A stretch of DNA of 34,698 nucleotides from a virus (Duplodnaviria; Caudoviricetes), in the IMG/VR virus record IMGVR_UViG_3300032301_001585, positions 1 to 34,698 of that record; one strand, 5' to 3'. Below, in pieces: positions 17,801 through 27,380 of this stretch. The notes below the pieces were generated by a model. The model did no database searches. It was not told the DNA's origin and saw only the letters and a list, made by a program, of their open reading frames with translations. A program made the position numbers and the translations under genes. The first letter of the stretch is position 1, and every line of letters starts with the position of its first letter.

Positions 17801-20800
17801 TCCATTGAAAAGAGCATGGCGCAAGTTCTTAACGATGAAATAATGAATTGGTTTGCGACTATCAAGAGTTATAATAATTTAATTGGTGACCCATTACAGC
17901 GTTATAAACAGGAATATGCTGGCTTGCAGCATTTAAGAGAATTATTTTTTAGTAAAGTAGATAATACTATCAGTTTTGAAAAGTTTTTTGAATTCTATAA
18001 ATGGATTGATAGTTCATTATCAATGATGATTAATCAATTAGTTCCCGCCTCTGCCAATTCAAGCGATAAAGTACGCAACATGGTAGAAAGTCATATGTTG
18101 GAACGTAGCAAATATGCTAATAAACTTCCAACAGTTGAATTTAAAGGAAACCCAAAGTCCACTCCTGCTATTTCACACTTAAATTATAGTTATAAAGAAC
18201 AAGCGGCTTATCCTAACAATTTAACTGATGGTGTAACAGTTAGCCGTTACTATAATTTTAAACCACAATGGCTCAAGCAAAGAGCAATAAGAAATGAAGC
18301 ACCAGTAGATACTGTTTTACAGCCTGCAAACGATATTGATAGAGAAATTTTACGTCAAGTTATCAATGAAAGAAATCTAGATACAGTTCCAAAACTTTAT
18401 TCAGTTGATACAAGTAGCAGCTATGATGGCAGAAGAGATGAAACAAGAATATTTACTCAAACTTATCGTCTATTAACCGATAAACTATTGGTTATTGAAG
18501 ATATAATTGAGCCAGTAAATATTGCCAATAATCTCTTTACATCACAATTTACATTTGCTTCTGCAAGTGTTACAGGTTCTGGACAAATTGTACAACCAAT
18601 TAAGAAAAAGGGCAACTATTCTAATCCGTATGAATATGTATTTATTCCCGGCAGAACAAATAATAATAAATCATTTATAGATTTAGAAGGAAATGTTTCT
18701 GGCTCTTCAAGCATTTCTGCTTTGGGCTTTACGGATAGAACTTTGCCTGTTAGAAGTGTTAATAAACAAGTCATCGTTGAAAGATTTAGTTCTCCCGGTG
18801 GCCCAGAAGTTAATAGCAGAGGAGCGTTAGACGCTGCCGCTGAAGAATATTCTGTATATAATTCTTTAAACTATAGAAACTTTAGAGTACGTAAAGTTTT
18901 AAATGCTTGGTTAGCAGAAAGCGCCAGCATTGATGAAAATTATCCTTCATATCATAAAGTAAATAAAAATCCAACTTATATCCCTATAAGTGAAACAAGT
19001 TCTTTAACAGAACCTTATTATGATAATGAATTTGTAGTTCACGCTATTCCTAGAAGCGAGGCGCAATACGCTTGGATTACTGCATCATTATTTGTAAAGC
19101 CAAGTGCTAGCGGTTATATAAGCGAATATGATAATTTAAACTATGATTATGAGTTTTTATCAGCTTCAAACCTTCCATCATTTACAGATATTCCATTTGT
19201 TAATTTTAGATATTTTGGTGACAGCGCCACTGATGCGGTTTTAACAGATAAAATATACGACACTGCCACCAATACAATATCGGGTGGGCAATTGTTTGGT
19301 GCTTTTACTTATATTCATACGCACTTTTTCTTAATTTCACTTAACGGTCCTTATCAATATCCGTCTTGGAAACAAATAAGAAATTATGAGAATCCTTTTT
19401 CTATTATTTCAAGAAAAAATAACAATATTTTGGTTCAAGACTCTCCAAAACAAAAAACTAGGTATGTTAATGGTAAAGCGGAGACTTATCTTAATACTAG
19501 AGAAGAAACGTTTACTTCTTTCAAAGAGCCACCAGTTACTTATAATAAACCAATGACACAAAAAATTGTCATTTCTGGCTCTAATGACCCAATTGAAATA
19601 GCAACAACCTATGATAATAATAAAGAAAGATTTGCTAATATTGAATTGGCTAAACGTACTGGTGTTGGCAAAAGAAGCGAACCACAAACACATGATATAT
19701 TGTTAAGTTTAGAACGTGACAAAACTTATGAACCAAGTCCTGAAATAGTTGAAGCCGATTATACAGCACAAATTTATCCCGCAAAAGAAACTGTTGGCCT
19801 AAAAGAAACACGCTCTAGGCCAAATTATGCTGAAATCGCTGGCACAGGTAGTAACGGCTATGATAGAAATTCAGGAGAAATTAGAAGCTTCTGGAAGGAT
19901 TCTATTATTGACAGAAGAAGAACAAATGCTTTTTATTCTTCTACAAAAACTGGTTCATTAAACAATTTAAATATTGCACAGTTAAGTGGTAGCTCTATTT
20001 CTTCCAGCTACAGCGGTACAATAAGACATAAATCTGGTTCTTTGTATCGTGTACCAGCTGTCCGTGATTTTGTTGTAACGACATCAGTAAATAAAAACTA
20101 TGATAGCTATTATGATTCTGTATTTTCCCTAGATAATAGCAGTAGCTATTCTTATCAATCACAAATTACTTTTTATAATCCTAGCAGTAGCTTTAATTCT
20201 ATTTATAACATTTTTTCTTCTTCTTACGGAGATTTAGCTGGTTTTGATGAATTGGAAGCAAGACAATTACTGACTTATCAAGACGGAGAATATTACAACC
20301 AAGCTATCACCCGTTCTTCAGACCAAACAGAGATTGTACAATATTTTAAATATAACGTAAGTGGCAACATTGTAAGACCTAGAGCATCTTATGTTAATAA
20401 AATACATTACCCCAGTTCTTTTAGTAGATTTTTATTTATAACTGGAGCGTTAGCATCTAGCTCTATAAATTATACTAGAACTTTTATCAATGAAGGAATG
20501 CTTTATAAAACTAATCAATTAGCAAATAAAAATCCTTGGTATGGTTCTTATGAAGACTATTTTGCAGATATAAAACCACTATCGCAAGATAAAACTTTAT
20601 TACCTGAATATACTTTTTCTGAACATGCTGATTATTTTATAAAAGATAATAATGGTGATTTTAAAGCAGCCCCACCAAATAATTATATTTCTTTTATTGG
20701 TTCTGACGTATCTGTAAATGACTACGACGGCGCTTATAATATTACAGATAAATTAAATAATTTTATTTTTAATGATATTAATAATAGCGATAAAACAATA

Positions 20801-23392
20801 AAATTATCTATTAATGGCGTTAAGAAACTATTACCGTATAAGGGTTTTTATCCACAAGAAAGAACTGCACAGATAGTTGATTTATTCCAAAAATCATTCT
20901 TTAATATCTCAATGAATGATATAACAGGAGGCTATCCTACATATAAATATTATTCTGGTGTTTATGGTAAAACTCTTTTAGATATTTACGGATGTCCAGT
21001 TACACAACAAATGCAAACTTTGTTACAGCCTTATTTTGCTCCCGGTATTCTTTTTAATACTATTAAATCAGGAATAGCGGTTGATTGGCCAACATATATT
21101 AGTAGCTCTGCCTATTTCGTCGTTACAACCGGAATCGGAAATGGTTTTTTACCTGCTCCCGGTCATGGAACTTCATCTTTTGCAGTAACTTCTTTGACAG
21201 ATAAAGTACCAGTTTTAAATAAAAATTTTGACTTGAGAATACCTTTTGAATCTTTAATTGATTTAAGAGGATTTGAAGAATCGGAAGAAACTGTTTTATC
21301 TTATCTTGACCCAACTAGATATAATACAGAAACGTTTTTAGACATGACAGCTTCTAACTATTCTGATTATAAATATTCTGGTCATGGCATAAGAACAAAT
21401 CCTATATTTTCTTTTAATAACAAATATTCTAAAAATAATCAATCTAGAAAATTTTTAGATAATAGATATTCACTGGCAATTAATAATTTTTTAGCTGAAA
21501 CGCCAAGATTTTTCCTTCAAGACCAATCATTAACAAGTTTTACTAGTAATAAAGACATTGCGAATATTAGCTTTGAAGTAGGCAAGCAGTATGAAATGTA
21601 TGTGCAAATAGAAAAAGCGCAAAATGTTAAAATGATTCTAGACTCTCTAGATGATACGCCATATATTTTTTCTTCTTCTACAATTCCATATGTAGTGTCG
21701 CCATCACCGCTTGTAACTGGTACACTTATTACTTCTTCAGCTAAATTTCCAGCTGCGTCATTGTTTGGTCCACCATCGCAATATTTCGCTTCTTCTAGCG
21801 GCGATGAATCTTTATTAGGTCATAAAGCTTATGACTCACCAGCCTATGCTCCTTATGCCCCTCCGTATTATTATGGAGCACAAAGAGCTAAATTATCATT
21901 TGTTCCAACAAGCGAAGTATATACGTCATATCAGGAAATTATCAATATGCTAACTGTGTCTTGCGAACAAGCCACTACAGAAATGACTGATTTCTTTTCT
22001 TCTTCTATAAATGAAATAAGTGGTGTTACGGCTTATTTAACTGGCTCTACGGCTTATGTCAATAGAATGCCGCTAACTTCTAGTATTAGATATGATATTT
22101 TAGTTGGAAAAAACCAAGTTAAATATGGCCTAGATGGTCAAGTAATAGATATTACTGATACTAATGATGTCGCTGCCAAGTTGTGGCGCATACAAACCAA
22201 ATTTGAAACACCAATATTAAATTTTAACACTGATTTAAATAAAGCTGTTGACCCTACAAACACAACATTAAACAGCGCTAATGATAATATATCTTATGGA
22301 GGAAATACTTATTATGATACTCTCAATAACCTAACAACAAGATTTGGTTTTATGGGTATGTGGGGCGGTTATGCACAAACAGGTTCAAACAGTGGCGTGT
22401 CTTTAAACATTATTAAAGGTAGAAATGAGGGTGATTACAGAGACTTGGCTGAAACCTGTGGGTTTAATGCGGAAACAAAATATGTCGGCCAAATAGCTGC
22501 TAAAAAAGAAATCAGCGAAGCAATCGTTATGATTCCATTTACCAGAATTAAAAATCATAAAGAAGGAAAGAGCGACACTAATTTTGATTCTACAAAAGCA
22601 AGAACTATAAAAGAAATTATTGGTGAAAATGGAAAAACAAGCGATGTAGGAACAAATGGGCCGTATTATTTCGCAGTTGACCGTTTAGCTATAAACACTG
22701 TATTAAGACAAAATGGTGTTAATATTGATTTTGATAGTAATGTATCGTATAGAGATTTAAAAAACATATTATCCAATATTCAAACAGATAACTCTATTAT
22801 AAAAACAATGAAAGCCATGTCTAACTACGTATTGCCTCCACATCTAGATTGGCTTTATAACAGAAATATAAATCCATTTGCTATGTATGTATTTGAATTT
22901 AAGCATGAATTAGCGGGTGATGAGTTGGCGGATATTTGGCAAGGAGTCATGCCAAAATCAGCAATGCAGACAAGTTTAGACACAGTAGAAATTGAGCACG
23001 CATTAAACGACCTAGAATTTTTCCATGGTAAAAAGCTACCAGATGACATTCAATGGAAGGTATTTAAGGTAAAAAGACGTGCCAATTATTCATACGATAG
23101 TTTGGTCACAGGCGTTGAAGAAAGATTCAACTTTAAGAGCAGAGAAACGGAAGAATTAGTTTATTCTTATAACTGGCCTTATGATTATTTCTCGTTGGTT
23201 GAACTAGTTAATGTTGAAGCAAAACTTACCGTAAAACCAACTACAGTAATAGTAGAAACTACTGATGGGCAGCAAGTGGAGTTATCAAAAGATTCTAGGC
23301 AACAAACGTTAACAGTACAAGAAGCTAGAAGGCAAACAGAAACTACTAAAGAAGAATCAAGTATAAGTACCTTAAAAAACACTAAAGTATAA
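14813..23392 (+). CDS. Giant (2859 aa) baseplate protein: LamG/concanavalin-like domains plus gp7/tail-I-like wedge motif
   Basis: LamG pattern TVEFWFK...WHHYAFSF...LYIDG...DEFRFWK.TRTSQQI, with a second degenerate copy (KWNFAVRI...ISSVRFW..YLS). YKSKGTEKSLRNLIRCFG at about 16505-16558. Confidence 0.75.
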   Translation: MALKDLFGKTTEKVVTKQQLQDLYNQAESQEYIEQVLEDKERYLPLVDFSSASNFAHYGSAEKYYVDAIKNIYQNYPYDGSKKEKQEWRNGSSQLDLYIFDEIYPKTTGYVSLSSSATLSNIGGYRSSSAPQYIKIKGGPNPSSTGNFETANLYDLDANRESNLGITSNGNTVEFWFKDDLTSSNANYNYAYALFDLWNGVTASSSDYTRLALTKISGSNKFAVTYRSGSAGITQETLNYTFDSSTWHHYAFSFANYNTNDLEVCLYIDGNQVLRSVYVASGSISLANNAYLVANVGALRASLISASTASANLGSSYGSYDEFRFWKSTRTSQQIYRSWNTQVGGGANTDEANKDLGVYLKFNEGVADDTNVNDLDKICLDYSGRVSNGTIINYVVSSKNTGSAIDTYFGVTQENKDPIVFSGNPLVQNILETYTDLGFQHDQNNTSNIYKTFPAWITEEAEKKGYQDLSQLIQIISSYFDTLYLQIESLPKIKNLDYDTQSGKPKPFAKSLLSSNGFQNLELFNDTTFLEDVLSRNDSAEFEEKLHNVKNAIYQNIYNNLSYIYKSKGTEKSLRNLIRCFGVDDDLVKINLYADNAQYNLENKYTYTTTTKKFVDFNNPDRNTGYIYQKAKTGDSNTYAFIPGSAADYLDHVPLTIQAEVIFPKNPIIDSDKYNVNNFETSSLYGIHTALGDPNNFSWGGDEFNFQVYSVRKFIGSEEAYFLVTGSFAGYPVQLSTSIFKDVYDNQKWNFAVRIKPENYPHNNLASGSGESNYTFEFVGINSIADSVDNSFSLTASVPNFNMTTALAKNKRVYAGAHYTDFDNTRLKHRTDVKISSVRFWFDYLSDTELEAHSYNAANVGRQYPNWPAAFIASLSGSLASSAPITKLDTLALHWNFFNVSSSDTNGQFIVEDASSGSLESVSQYGLDWFGSIAKYQFPGFADEFLASDSQVVNKEYVFSAKQQNPETLNGNDLVQILDTDDVTRTKDSKPIQYYISIEKSMAQVLNDEIMNWFATIKSYNNLIGDPLQRYKQEYAGLQHLRELFFSKVDNTISFEKFFEFYKWIDSSLSMMINQLVPASANSSDKVRNMVESHMLERSKYANKLPTVEFKGNPKSTPAISHLNYSYKEQAAYPNNLTDGVTVSRYYNFKPQWLKQRAIRNEAPVDTVLQPANDIDREILRQVINERNLDTVPKLYSVDTSSSYDGRRDETRIFTQTYRLLTDKLLVIEDIIEPVNIANNLFTSQFTFASASVTGSGQIVQPIKKKGNYSNPYEYVFIPGRTNNNKSFIDLEGNVSGSSSISALGFTDRTLPVRSVNKQVIVERFSSPGGPEVNSRGALDAAAEEYSVYNSLNYRNFRVRKVLNAWLAESASIDENYPSYHKVNKNPTYIPISETSSLTEPYYDNEFVVHAIPRSEAQYAWITASLFVKPSASGYISEYDNLNYDYEFLSASNLPSFTDIPFVNFRYFGDSATDAVLTDKIYDTATNTISGGQLFGAFTYIHTHFFLISLNGPYQYPSWKQIRNYENPFSIISRKNNNILVQDSPKQKTRYVNGKAETYLNTREETFTSFKEPPVTYNKPMTQKIVISGSNDPIEIATTYDNNKERFANIELAKRTGVGKRSEPQTHDILLSLERDKTYEPSPEIVEADYTAQIYPAKETVGLKETRSRPNYAEIAGTGSNGYDRNSGEIRSFWKDSIIDRRRTNAFYSSTKTGSLNNLNIAQLSGSSISSSYSGTIRHKSGSLYRVPAVRDFVVTTSVNKNYDSYYDSVFSLDNSSSYSYQSQITFYNPSSSFNSIYNIFSSSYGDLAGFDELEARQLLTYQDGEYYNQAITRSSDQTEIVQYFKYNVSGNIVRPRASYVNKIHYPSSFSRFLFITGALASSSINYTRTFINEGMLYKTNQLANKNPWYGSYEDYFADIKPLSQDKTLLPEYTFSEHADYFIKDNNGDFKAAPPNNYISFIGSDVSVNDYDGAYNITDKLNNFIFNDINNSDKTIKLSINGVKKLLPYKGFYPQERTAQIVDLFQKSFFNISMNDITGGYPTYKYYSGVYGKTLLDIYGCPVTQQMQTLLQPYFAPGILFNTIKSGIAVDWPTYISSSAYFVVTTGIGNGFLPAPGHGTSSFAVTSLTDKVPVLNKNFDLRIPFESLIDLRGFEESEETVLSYLDPTRYNTETFLDMTASNYSDYKYSGHGIRTNPIFSFNNKYSKNNQSRKFLDNRYSLAINNFLAETPRFFLQDQSLTSFTSNKDIANISFEVGKQYEMYVQIEKAQNVKMILDSLDDTPYIFSSSTIPYVVSPSPLVTGTLITSSAKFPAASLFGPPSQYFASSSGDESLLGHKAYDSPAYAPYAPPYYYGAQRAKLSFVPTSEVYTSYQEIINMLTVSCEQATTEMTDFFSSSINEISGVTAYLTGSTAYVNRMPLTSSIRYDILVGKNQVKYGLDGQVIDITDTNDVAAKLWRIQTKFETPILNFNTDLNKAVDPTNTTLNSANDNISYGGNTYYDTLNNLTTRFGFMGMWGGYAQTGSNSGVSLNIIKGRNEGDYRDLAETCGFNAETKYVGQIAAKKEISEAIVMIPFTRIKNHKEGKSDTNFDSTKARTIKEIIGENGKTSDVGTNGPYYFAVDRLAINTVLRQNGVNIDFDSNVSYRDLKNILSNIQTDNSIIKTMKAMSNYVLPPHLDWLYNRNINPFAMYVFEFKHELAGDELADIWQGVMPKSAMQTSLDTVEIEHALNDLEFFHGKKLPDDIQWKVFKVKRRANYSYDSLVTGVEERFNFKSRETEELVYSYNWPYDYFSLVELVNVEAKLTVKPTTVIVETTDGQQVELSKDSRQQTLTVQEARRQTETTKEESSISTLKNTKV

Positions 23393-23394
23393 TC

Positions 23395-24336
23395 ATGTCA
23401 TTTTTTGATGATAAACAAGAAATTATTAAATTAGAATTAACTACTTACGGTAGATTTCTTCTATCTAGAGGTAAATTCAAGCCTGTTTATTATGCTTTTT
23501 TTGATGATGATGTTATATATGATTCTTTATATGCAAATCTTTCTGAATCACAAAATAGTACTCAAGATAGAATATTTGACGAAACACCTTCTTTAAAGCC
23601 ACAAACAACATATACCAGTATTGAAGATAGCGTAAAATTAAATAAATTAGTTTTAAGAGAGATAGATAAATTAAAAGAAGAAGAGTCACAAATTAGTGCA
23701 GATAAAAATTATGCTCTTTCTTTACCACTAGCTAATTCTTCGTTAAGTTCTGATTACAGCCCCGCTTGGTCTTTGTCCTTTATAAGCGGCTCTATTACCT
23801 CTTCACAACCTTATATAGACAATAGCGACGGCTTATCGGGAAGTTTACAACCTTACTTAAGAGTCCCACAAATAAATTTATTAGATAATGTTTATGACAT
23901 AAAAATGAAAAAAAATGATTTTTCTTTAGATAACAACTATAAATTTGTTACCGTTGAAGTGTCTGGAAGCGACCAATATGTATATTCAATTAAAGATAAT
24001 GAATTAATATTAAGTGTTTTAGAGTCCAACGTTGATAATCTAACAAAAAATTTTGATGTAGAAGTTTTTATTGAAGAAGAAGAAAAAATATTAGGTCGTG
24101 ATGAAAAAAAGAAAATTTTAAAAAAATTAAATTTTAAAAAAGACCCCCTAGCGATAGTTAATAATATTTTGCTAGATAATCCAATCACCTTTGAGGTTCA
24201 AGAAGATGAAAATTATGTTGAATATTATTTTGAATTAACGATTGATGATGAAATAGAATTACCACCACAACAAAATATTTCTACAAACACCTATCAATCA
24301 AACGTTAAGGGTGGTCCATTTGGAGTAGATTGCTAA
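23395..24336 (+). CDS. Putative baseplate/structural protein, paralog of 29440..30399
   Basis: N-terminus LTTYGRFLLSRGKFKPVYYAFFDDDVIYD parallels LTDTGRMRLAKGDGSFRIAKFALGDDEIDY. Confidence 0.7.
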   Translation: MSFFDDKQEIIKLELTTYGRFLLSRGKFKPVYYAFFDDDVIYDSLYANLSESQNSTQDRIFDETPSLKPQTTYTSIEDSVKLNKLVLREIDKLKEEESQISADKNYALSLPLANSSLSSDYSPAWSLSFISGSITSSQPYIDNSDGLSGSLQPYLRVPQINLLDNVYDIKMKKNDFSLDNNYKFVTVEVSGSDQYVYSIKDNELILSVLESNVDNLTKNFDVEVFIEEEEKILGRDEKKKILKKLNFKKDPLAIVNNILLDNPITFEVQEDENYVEYYFELTIDDEIELPPQQNISTNTYQSNVKGGPFGVDC

Positions 24337-27300
24337 TGTTTTATAATTTAACAGATGCCCAAGTGGCAAAAATAAAATCTAATTTTTATCCTCAAGAAAG
24401 ACAAAAAGGTGAATTTTTAAAAAGTGTCATTGTAAACGATTATGGCACCGATAGTGCCGATAATTCTATTCGGATTATATATAATTTTGATGATGGTGCA
24501 TTAGAAGATAGCACTGGTAGCAGAATATATAAGGTATTTAATAACGAACAAGCAAAGAAATATATGAAACTTAAGATATTTGAAATCTTAAGTGCTGATA
24601 TGTTTGATGATTTAAAAATAAATAATGATGTTGATAAATTTAATAATATTGAAACTCTAGAAAATATAATTAATACGTATGGCGCCTTGAGCAGAGATTT
24701 ATCTCCATCTTATGATTTTATAGGCGATAAAACTCTTCCTAGCCTACACATTCAGCAAGAAAATAATACAATAAATTTAGTTTATGACATAAAGTTTCTT
24801 CTAGCAAGACCCAAAATAAACTATCTATCTATTGGAGCAATATTTTATTTTGACAAAGAAGCTTATTTAAGCGACCAAAAGGTTGATGAAAAATTTATAG
24901 ATAAAAGAATTTTATTAGATAAATTATATGTTTATCCTTTATATGTTAATAATACCCTTGTTGATAGCGCTCCTGTACAAGATTTACGTATCATTAAAAG
25001 CGTCTTTAAAGCAAGTTCAGAATTTGATAATCTTATAAATATTATAAATTCCAACACTGTTTATAATAAAATTTTAGCTGTTCAACGTTATAAAAATGGT
25101 AATAATTTAAAGCCAAGAATAGGTGCACAAAACATTATAGATGCTAAAAATGATATAATAAAATATAATGACTCTATAATAAAAAAGAAATATTTTTCAA
25201 ATGTTTATTATTCTAGAAATTCAAATAAATCTCTTGGTTTTATTTTTAATTTAGATTATTTGACATTAATTAGAGAAAATAGCGCTTATAAAAAAATAAT
25301 TAATAGAACCTTTTATCAACAAGAATTTATTGATAGATGTAAAATTTCTTCTATAAAAATACTTCGCAGAAAAATTGAAAAAAAATCTTTAGATAAAATT
25401 TTGGTAAAAAAAGATTCTACTATTAGTTTAATAGACTCTGGTGAAACTAAAGCAAATAAATTAGTTGCTGAATTAGACAACCCCGCCAGTAATATTAAAG
25501 AAATTAGTTTAAAAACAGGCATTAAAAGCTATAGAACTTTTGCGATTATTGATAAAAAGGTATTTTTTGAAAATAAAGCCTTATACCAATATGGCGTTGA
25601 AATAGAAGTTTCAGATAGCATAAGCCAATATTTAAACAGTTTGGCAGATGAATTATTAAATGAATTACCAAACCTAAAAAATTATTTAGAAGAAACAAAT
25701 AAGATAGTAAAAATTACCTCTACAGATGTTTATGGATATTCTATTGATGGCTCTTATGACCCATTAAAAAATACATTTACTTCAAAGTTTATTAATAATT
25801 TTAATAATATAAGAATCATTAAAGATATAAATGGAAAAATTATAGAAACGTTGCCCTCTTATCAAGAGATAGTATCCGAAGCGGCGAAAAAATTCGTTAA
25901 TACGCTATTAATAATCGGTTTACTTGAGCCAACATATCAAGAAAATTTTGTTAACACTATCACTAACACGCTCAACCCAGTTAATTCTAATGCCGATTTG
26001 ATACAGTATTTTATTAATTCTTATCAAAGATTAATTAATCAGATTAATAAAATTGCTAAAGATAACAAAAATAATACTTTTAATGTTCAAAATTGGTTTC
26101 TAAATGATTTTGTAGATTCTACTGAGCCGATTAATGTTGGCTATAAAATTATAAATCCAGACAATTTCCAAGGATTAGCGACAATTAGTACCATTGCTTT
26201 GGAAAAAAGAATTAATGAAGAATTAAATAAATATGCCGATAATCCACAAGTTGATTCTGCAATTTATGAAAACAAAAAATATTGTTTCTTGTCTCCAAGC
26301 GCTATCTATTCTAAAACGAAAATAATTAATTTACAAAATTTAGCTCAAGATGCAAATGCAATAACAAATTTAGATTTTTCTGAACTAGAAATAGATATTA
26401 AAAACAATAATTATTTTGGTCCTAGTGTTGCAGATAGCACAAATATTGATAATAAAACAACTAATATTGAAAATAATAAAAAAAATAAATTGTCTATAGC
26501 AGGTAACGTTTTAGCAAATGCATTTTCTATACATACAAGAAATCTGTTTGTTGCTGCGGTGGATAACCAAACAATAAAAGAAGAAGAAAAAAATATTAAA
26601 AATGATAATGTAAATTTAACACATTTAATGCTAGCATTATCTAAACAGTATGACTTAACAAAAAATACATATTCTAGATTTATTGATAATAGAACTAATG
26701 TTCTAGACAAAAAAGATGTGTTTGCAAATTCTAATGCTGCGTCGCAAAACACGCTAAACAACAATTTAATTACTAACGAGCTTATACAAAATCCTGCCAC
26801 CGCCCTAACAACTACCACTGAAACAATATTGATTGATGATTTAAAACCAGAAATACCAATACATATTAATTTTCTACTTAATAATAAATGTAAATTATTA
26901 AAAAAAGATGATAATTATAAAAAATCTTTAGATTTAAATTCCAAATATCAATTTTTATTTAACACATTACACTCAATAGAAATAATGGAATATTCTAGCC
27001 AAAATTATTCTTATGATGAAATATGGGAATTGTTAACTAAAGAAAAACTATCCTCTTTGCAAACAAATGCTACGTATTTATGTAGATTAAGAAACTATCG
27101 CAATTTTACATATTCTATTGACGGTTACGACAAAATAAAATTACCAGTTTACGAACAATACTTTTTATTATCAAACTTAAATATTTCTAATATAATTCCT
27201 ACTATTCAACAAATTAAACAGCTTTCTGACCGTGATATAATTAATAAATTCTCAAATAAAAAGAAAATTGCTAAAGAAACAGTAGTTCTAGAAAATCCTA

Positions 27301-27380
27301 TAATTAAAACAAATATAAATAAGACAGCAAGTGTTTTTAAACAAAGTTTAAGACGAGAAAGAGTAAAAGGAAATAAGTAA
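24336..27380 (+). CDS. Large Asn/Lys/Ile-rich hypothetical protein (about 1014 aa)
   Basis: Start placed at ATG 24336 (TAATG overlap, GGAG upstream) rather than TTG 24330. No family recognised. Confidence 0.75.
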   Translation: MFYNLTDAQVAKIKSNFYPQERQKGEFLKSVIVNDYGTDSADNSIRIIYNFDDGALEDSTGSRIYKVFNNEQAKKYMKLKIFEILSADMFDDLKINNDVDKFNNIETLENIINTYGALSRDLSPSYDFIGDKTLPSLHIQQENNTINLVYDIKFLLARPKINYLSIGAIFYFDKEAYLSDQKVDEKFIDKRILLDKLYVYPLYVNNTLVDSAPVQDLRIIKSVFKASSEFDNLINIINSNTVYNKILAVQRYKNGNNLKPRIGAQNIIDAKNDIIKYNDSIIKKKYFSNVYYSRNSNKSLGFIFNLDYLTLIRENSAYKKIINRTFYQQEFIDRCKISSIKILRRKIEKKSLDKILVKKDSTISLIDSGETKANKLVAELDNPASNIKEISLKTGIKSYRTFAIIDKKVFFENKALYQYGVEIEVSDSISQYLNSLADELLNELPNLKNYLEETNKIVKITSTDVYGYSIDGSYDPLKNTFTSKFINNFNNIRIIKDINGKIIETLPSYQEIVSEAAKKFVNTLLIIGLLEPTYQENFVNTITNTLNPVNSNADLIQYFINSYQRLINQINKIAKDNKNNTFNVQNWFLNDFVDSTEPINVGYKIINPDNFQGLATISTIALEKRINEELNKYADNPQVDSAIYENKKYCFLSPSAIYSKTKIINLQNLAQDANAITNLDFSELEIDIKNNNYFGPSVADSTNIDNKTTNIENNKKNKLSIAGNVLANAFSIHTRNLFVAAVDNQTIKEEEKNIKNDNVNLTHLMLALSKQYDLTKNTYSRFIDNRTNVLDKKDVFANSNAASQNTLNNNLITNELIQNPATALTTTTETILIDDLKPEIPIHINFLLNNKCKLLKKDDNYKKSLDLNSKYQFLFNTLHSIEIMEYSSQNYSYDEIWELLTKEKLSSLQTNATYLCRLRNYRNFTYSIDGYDKIKLPVYEQYFLLSNLNISNIIPTIQQIKQLSDRDIINKFSNKKKIAKETVVLENPIIKTNINKTASVFKQSLRRERVKGNK

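Noticed and set aside
20199-20207. CTATTTATA inside the 2859-aa gene as a promoter
   Set aside because: Over 3 kb from the next start; a few chance copies are expected in AT-rich coding DNA.
5300-23392. Inteins explaining the very large ORFs
   Set aside because: No convincing intein N-terminal block, LAGLIDADG motifs or HN-[C/S/T] junction in a splicing context noticed.
24330-24335. TTG start given in the ORF track
   Set aside because: ATG at 24336 forms a TAATG coupling with the upstream stop and has better SD spacing.
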